From Moniliella sp. 'wahieum' (Eukaryota), in assembly GCA_003971905.1 (NCBI GenBank), contig RSEE01000007.1, positions 868,001 through 932,000 of the forward strand: a stretch of 64,000 nt of DNA. Direction: 5' to 3'. Both the position numbers and the translations under genes were made by a program. Of the stretch, positions 59,106 to 64,000 are shown piece after piece. The notes under the pieces were generated by a model. That model was not told the DNA's origin and did not search any database. It saw nothing but the letters and a program-made list of their open reading frames with translations. Positions within the stretch are counted from its first letter, which is position 1. Each line of letters opens with the position of its first letter.

Positions 59106-62100
59106 TCACAAGAGCCATTCTCCATCAACATCTTGGCAATTTTTTTTTCTCGTCTCGTTCCCGAGGCTCGAGTCGGAGCGATTGCCGGTACAACTCTTCG
59201 TCTGATTGAACCTCCACGACTGTCTTTGATAAACCGCTGGATGCCCTGGACCGGGGTGAGTACATAGGGCGTACTCTGGTACGTGCCAATCTCTTTGACG
59301 ACCTCGGCAGTCATACGATGCTTGTTAAAATTGATGAACTGGCTGGGGCGAAGCAGTTCAAGTTGCCCTCGTCGATGAACGTCAGGTCCGTCAAGTATAC
59401 ACCCAAAAAGGGGACGCAAGGCGGGTTGAGGTTGTGGATCATATCGCGGTACTGGGCAAAGTTCTTGGTATTGAGCAGCAACTTGTTGACCGAGTTGAAC
59501 GTATCCCGGTTCTTGGTGCTGATCAGCTGCCACGTGGCACGTAGCCGGTAGATGGCCGCACTGTTGAGCCCACTGACGATGGCCGTCATGGAGGCAAAAT
59601 TATGCAACCGTCTACACTGATCAGCAATCTGAATAAAGTGCCGCAGCCACTGAGCCCGCGTCCTCGCCTCAGCTGGGGAGATGGACTCGACCACCCATCC
59701 AGTGACCTTGTTGCCTGTCGCAACAATCTCTTTGATGTGGGGCGAACGGATGTGTCCGTCCTCCTTGGCCCAGTTGCGATCAAGACACTCTTGCGGCCGA
59801 ATCCGGCCAAAAGCGTTTGCCTCGCGGATGGTGAGCTGGCGGGCCATCTCAAGCGGATCAATGTCCAGGAACTTGATGTGCTGCACCGTCTTGTGGGGCA
59901 AGATGGGAGGAGGGGCATTGCTCGTGTTAATCGAAAGTGTCTTGCGCAAGTGCCATCCGCACTGTGCACCGTCTTCCTCCTTCGATCGAGAGCCCGATGC
60001 AGCTGCTTCTGTGCGAGGCCCGACATGTCGTGTGTGATAAAATCACAATCGTATCCAGCACTAGGTCATCCTTCTCGTCCCATGAGTAGGTCTCGAGCCA
60101 CGTCTTGAGCGCATTTTGCACACGCAGCTGGATAGGCCGCTGCTTCTTGGTCGCCCAAAGCGCTTGCTCTTCGTCTGTCAAGCCCTCAGCATCGGCAGCC
60201 GGAATCGTTCAAAGAGCATGTCCAACAATTCCTCCGTGCTGATAAAGGATCGGTAGGTGAGAGAAAAGTGGTGTTGAAGGAGGGGTCGAAGCTGTCATGC
60301 ATAGTAAAGTGCTGGATAAGAGCTCGAGATGTGCCCGCCTTGACCGTTCCATCTGGACCGATCACAATACTGTCTTGGGAGATATCGCTCTCCAAGAACC
60401 AAGGCACGGGCTCGTTGGGCGCTTTGGGTGTGGTGGAGCCAGGGCAATCGGGGCTGAGGAGGCGTCGAGGGGCGGGCATCCTCCGCCGATGGGGTCAGAG
60501 AAGGAGTGGCGGACGTTCGCTTGCTTTCCTCGGAAGGAATATCCGTGGTGGAGGAATGGGGCCAGGGGACGACGAATCGTCCATAAAGAACTTTCGTAAC
60601 CTCTCTGCCCGTGACAAGCGTGCCGGATCCGCCGTTCCACGAGTGGTAGTGCGGCCTTGGGCAGAAGGCGAGCGTGAAGGGGAAGAGACAGATCCCCTGA
60701 ATTGACTGGGTGGGTGGACCTGAAGAAAACTTTTTCTGCCGGAGATCTTACTCGTACCTGACAAGAAGCTCGAAGGTAGCCTCGGTCCTCGGCGGCCCCA
60801 CTTGGTGAACGATTTGCTTTCAGCTGGGATATCCCTCGACGATCGCCGCTCCTCAGCAGAGGTAGCAAGAGAGCTGGCATGATCGGCAAGAGTGACGCTG
60901 CTGCTGGCACTGCTGGGCGCACGTCCTGTGGGGAAGGACGGAGCCCGGCTCAAACGGCTCTCCGGGCTGCCCGTCCGGCCACGAACGTTCAAACCGGACG
61001 CAAAAGTAGAGCCGAGGTAGCCAATGTCGCGCTGGTTGCGCATGTTGGGGCTGGACGTGCTCGGTGGGGCGGTCCAGTCCACTTTCCCGTACACTTTGCT
61101 TCGTGCCCCCGACGTACTCGATGGAGAGGACTGCTGCTCTGCTTGGACCTCGAGCAGCTGGTTAATCGCATCACGAATGCTCTCGAGGCTCATATCAAGC
61201 CCCCCGAGTAAAGGGAGTAGTTCTTCGACACTTTGGGGGGCCAAAGTGGGGCCGTCGATGGCCAGACCATCTTGTGCACAAACAAAGACCTCATTTGCAC
61301 CGTCATAGAGGTTCTGCTTGGCTTGCACAAACCCTTGGATGAGCATGCGTGCACGGACAGCATTTCCCCAGAGGCATCACTACCTTCTTCTCCTTTACCG
61401 CACCCATCGTAGTCCAAACCCACAGCGAAATCCACATCCTCCAGCAAGGCCAGGTATGTGCCTACACGGTAAAGCAGTGTTCGCGTCTTCTCGAGGAAAA
61501 CGTCATAGGAGGTAAGCCAGAGGACTGAGGGTCCACCCCCTCGGCTTCCAAGGCCAACAAAGCGCGAAGCTGGGCCACCTTTGTCCGCACATCCTCCTCT
61601 TGTGATTGCAGAGGCTTGGCGACCTGGGAGGAAAACTCTTGGTTGGGCCTTCGACGGAGGTGAACGTGCCCACGAGTGAGAAGCGTTTGGGTCTCCGGCG
61701 TCACGTCGAAAGGATTGGTAAACGTGCCCATCGCGTCTGCGCGAAGGCAAGCCATTTCATTAGGGGAAGCAAGATGAATCCATTGCCCCTCCAGCCAGCC
61801 GCCGATCCACCTGAGAGAATTGGGGTCGATCCCAGCGGTACCTTCAGAGCTTCGTAGAGAAGGAAGCACAGTCCGCGGCCATCCAATCTCTGAGGTGCGG
61901 CCTGAGTCCATGCGAAAGCGATACTGATCCAGCTCGCTCGACAATTCGCACGCAGTTCGCAAAAGCTCGGTTGCATCGTCCCGGATCCGATCCTTTTGTT
62001 GAGCTAGGCGGGACGAGAGGGTAGCGCGCTCTTGGATGGCCTTCTCGCTGGTGTCCCAGGCGTGCCATTGGCCCTCGAGGTGGTAGAGGTGGATAAGCTT

Positions 62101-63585
62101 GCTGGAGGTGATAATGAGCCGAGCCAAACATTGGATCATCGCGTTGGCAGGAAGGGATACAGCTTGGGGGGTATTGAAGCTTAGGCTCGATGAAGGTCTC
62201 CTGCTAGAGGAAGAGGTGAAGGATCGACGGGTCGGGTGATTGCGAGAGCCAAGATCAAGGGGGAGGGATGTCAAGACAAAGTCGCCTGTCAAGTCCAGCA
62301 GATCATCCAATACGTCATCGGATACTGGGAGTACCCCCGAAGCATAGAGAAGAGCGCGGACAGCAGGCAAGAAGCGGTCAAACGACTCCTTCCATCGGTC
62401 GCTAATGATGGTACCAGAAATTGAGGGCTGATCCAAATCGGTCACAACACTGATTAGCCCGCGCAGCTGCGCTGCCATTTCCTCATGGGCCTCGCTGAGC
62501 TCGACCATAGCCGTGTCTCCCGGATCGATCTGATGCTGAAGCTCAAGAGCTTCAACCAATTCGGATTGCAGGCGCGGAGGCGCATCTCGAAGAGTGAGGG
62601 ATGATGTAGCTGCCGAGTTTGCAGTTGACAAGGGCCCTGCAGAAGGTGGCATGTTCTCCGTTTGGCCATCTACCACATGAGCGGGGTTGGTCTGCAGTGC
62701 GTTGCCCGGCAGATGCCCGATACGGTTTTCCTCGGGTGGATCGCTGGATCCGCTCAAAGGAACGGAGTCGGGGGCAACGGAAGAATTGGGCCCCAGTACG
62801 TCTTGGCTCCGACTCCGACGATGGGCGGAAGCCGAGGGCACACGCGTTTCCTGGACGGGTGGTTAGTAGGCGTCCCAGTGGAATGCATGCAGGGCATAAA
62901 GGGGAAGGGGGATATGGCTCACCATAGGGGCGCTGCCGCGGCGGGCGTTGGCGCGCGGATGCTTTGCGGAACGCATAGTGGCCTGGCGGATCGATTTGAG
63001 GCTGAGTCCGTTTCGGAGAGAACGGATGGGATCCACACGCTGGGCAAACGTATGGGACGAAGCCTTATCGGCTGTGCCGACGCTGGCGAATGTCCGACTG
63101 AATGAGCTGCCCGGTGGCGCCCCGGTCACGGTCGATGAGCTGTCAGACTCTTCTGCGGCAGAGGAGCCAGGCTGCTGGCCACAGGGTGCGTTCTCGGAGT
63201 CCGCATTGGGAGGGTCGTCGTCCACCTCCTCGTAATCGCTGGTGGTGCCGAGAGAAGCAGCGTTGGCAGAGGCGGTGGGAGGCAAGGGAGATAGATGGAG
63301 CGAGGGCGAGCGACTGTCGACAGCGTAGATGAGCTCAATCTCGGAAGGGGAGAGAGGCTGGACAAAGTTGCTGGGGAACCAGCCGCGTATGGGCGGCTCG
63401 GTGTTGTCTCCATGGAGCAGGCCGTCCCACCAGCCCGTTTCGAGCTGGCTGAGGACCTCGATTATGGCGCCCTGGGGGAAGGAGAGCGCGTTGGGGTCCG
63501 TCGCATCATAGTCGTAGATGGTGCGCACCACGAGCCGAGACCCAGGGGACGGCGGGTCGGGTGGATCCGGCGCGGCAGGCGGCAT
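59106..63585 (-). CDS. CDC25: Cdc25-family Ras guanine nucleotide exchange factor (SH3, REM, RasGEF)
   Basis: SH3 IYDY...LSF..G...GWWDG...GWFPSNFV; REM VKAGT...FNTTF..TYRSF; IQLRVQNALKTW; DIDPLEMARQLT; PPCVPFLGVYLTDLTFIDEGN; INFNKHR; ends near LMENG. Many indels. Confidence 0.95.
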
Positions 63586-64000
63586 GTGGCGCGGATGGAG
63601 GAGGGTCGTGCGGGAGCGGCAGCGGAGGAGGAGGGGGAGGGGGGGATACGAAGAAGATGACGATGGAGATGAGGAGGAGGAGGAGGGGGAGGAGGAGGGA
63701 GGAGGAGGAAGGACAACACGGACAACGACAAGCGCAAGGCCCCCGCGAGAACGAGCAGGCGGGGCGACGGGTGATGTTGAGCTCACCTGGGTGGTCCAGC
63801 GAGGCGGCTGGTCGCTGCAGCCCGTCGATCGGATTCTGCAGCGTGCAACGTCTGTGTCAGAGCACGCCGCCCGCACCGCCCCAGTGTGCCCACCGCGCCA
63901 CGCCCCGACGGACAACTTTTGTGTTGCAATTGCAATCCAACTCGGTTCATGCATCATGTTCAACGTTCAGCTTCATCGATCTCATCCTTCGTCGACATCG

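Noticed and set aside
3971..63585. G-alpha, cyclin and CDC25 as a signalling or mating-type cluster
   Set aside because: Spread over 60 kb among unrelated genes; I found no pheromone receptor, CAAX pheromone ORF or homeodomain gene.
1..64000. Programmed frameshifting, RNA editing or an alternative genetic code to explain broken ORFs
   Set aside because: Indels are scattered in short runs across all genes without shared signals, and conserved motifs translate correctly in the standard code.

Overview
Eukaryotic, GC-rich, intron-poor fungal DNA. Gene content and short GTRMGT...CTRAC...YAG introns point to a basidiomycete, probably Ustilaginomycotina (inference). Almost every gene is broken by single-base indels, most simply read as uncorrected long-read errors, so gene boundaries are approximate. 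Recognisable genes: rhodanese+SAM-methyltransferase fusion, divergent group-III G-alpha, Pmp3-domain protein, three-domain paladin-like PTP, alpha/beta hydrolase, CYP86/94-like P450, sterol O-acyltransferase, YOR238W-like protein, Pcl/Clg1-type cyclin, GH85 ENGase, NTF2, RpiB, intron-containing tRNA-Ser(CGA), GLY1, an orphan GPI16 C-terminal fragment and an SH3-containing CDC25 RasGEF. The most notable structure is a 5.04 kb CMC/CACTA-type element (47473-52513) with CACAG TIRs, a CA target-site duplication and subterminal arrays of a palindromic ACGTC-N3-GACGT motif. I see no transposase in it; instead it carries two divergent unknown genes, one with tandem PIP-box-like motifs. Other structure: TSD-verified nested solo LTRs, an interleaved A-B-A'-B' inverted-repeat element, and intergenic arrays of heptamer palindromes that all share a central TNA. 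No searches were run; family calls rest on motifs read by eye.
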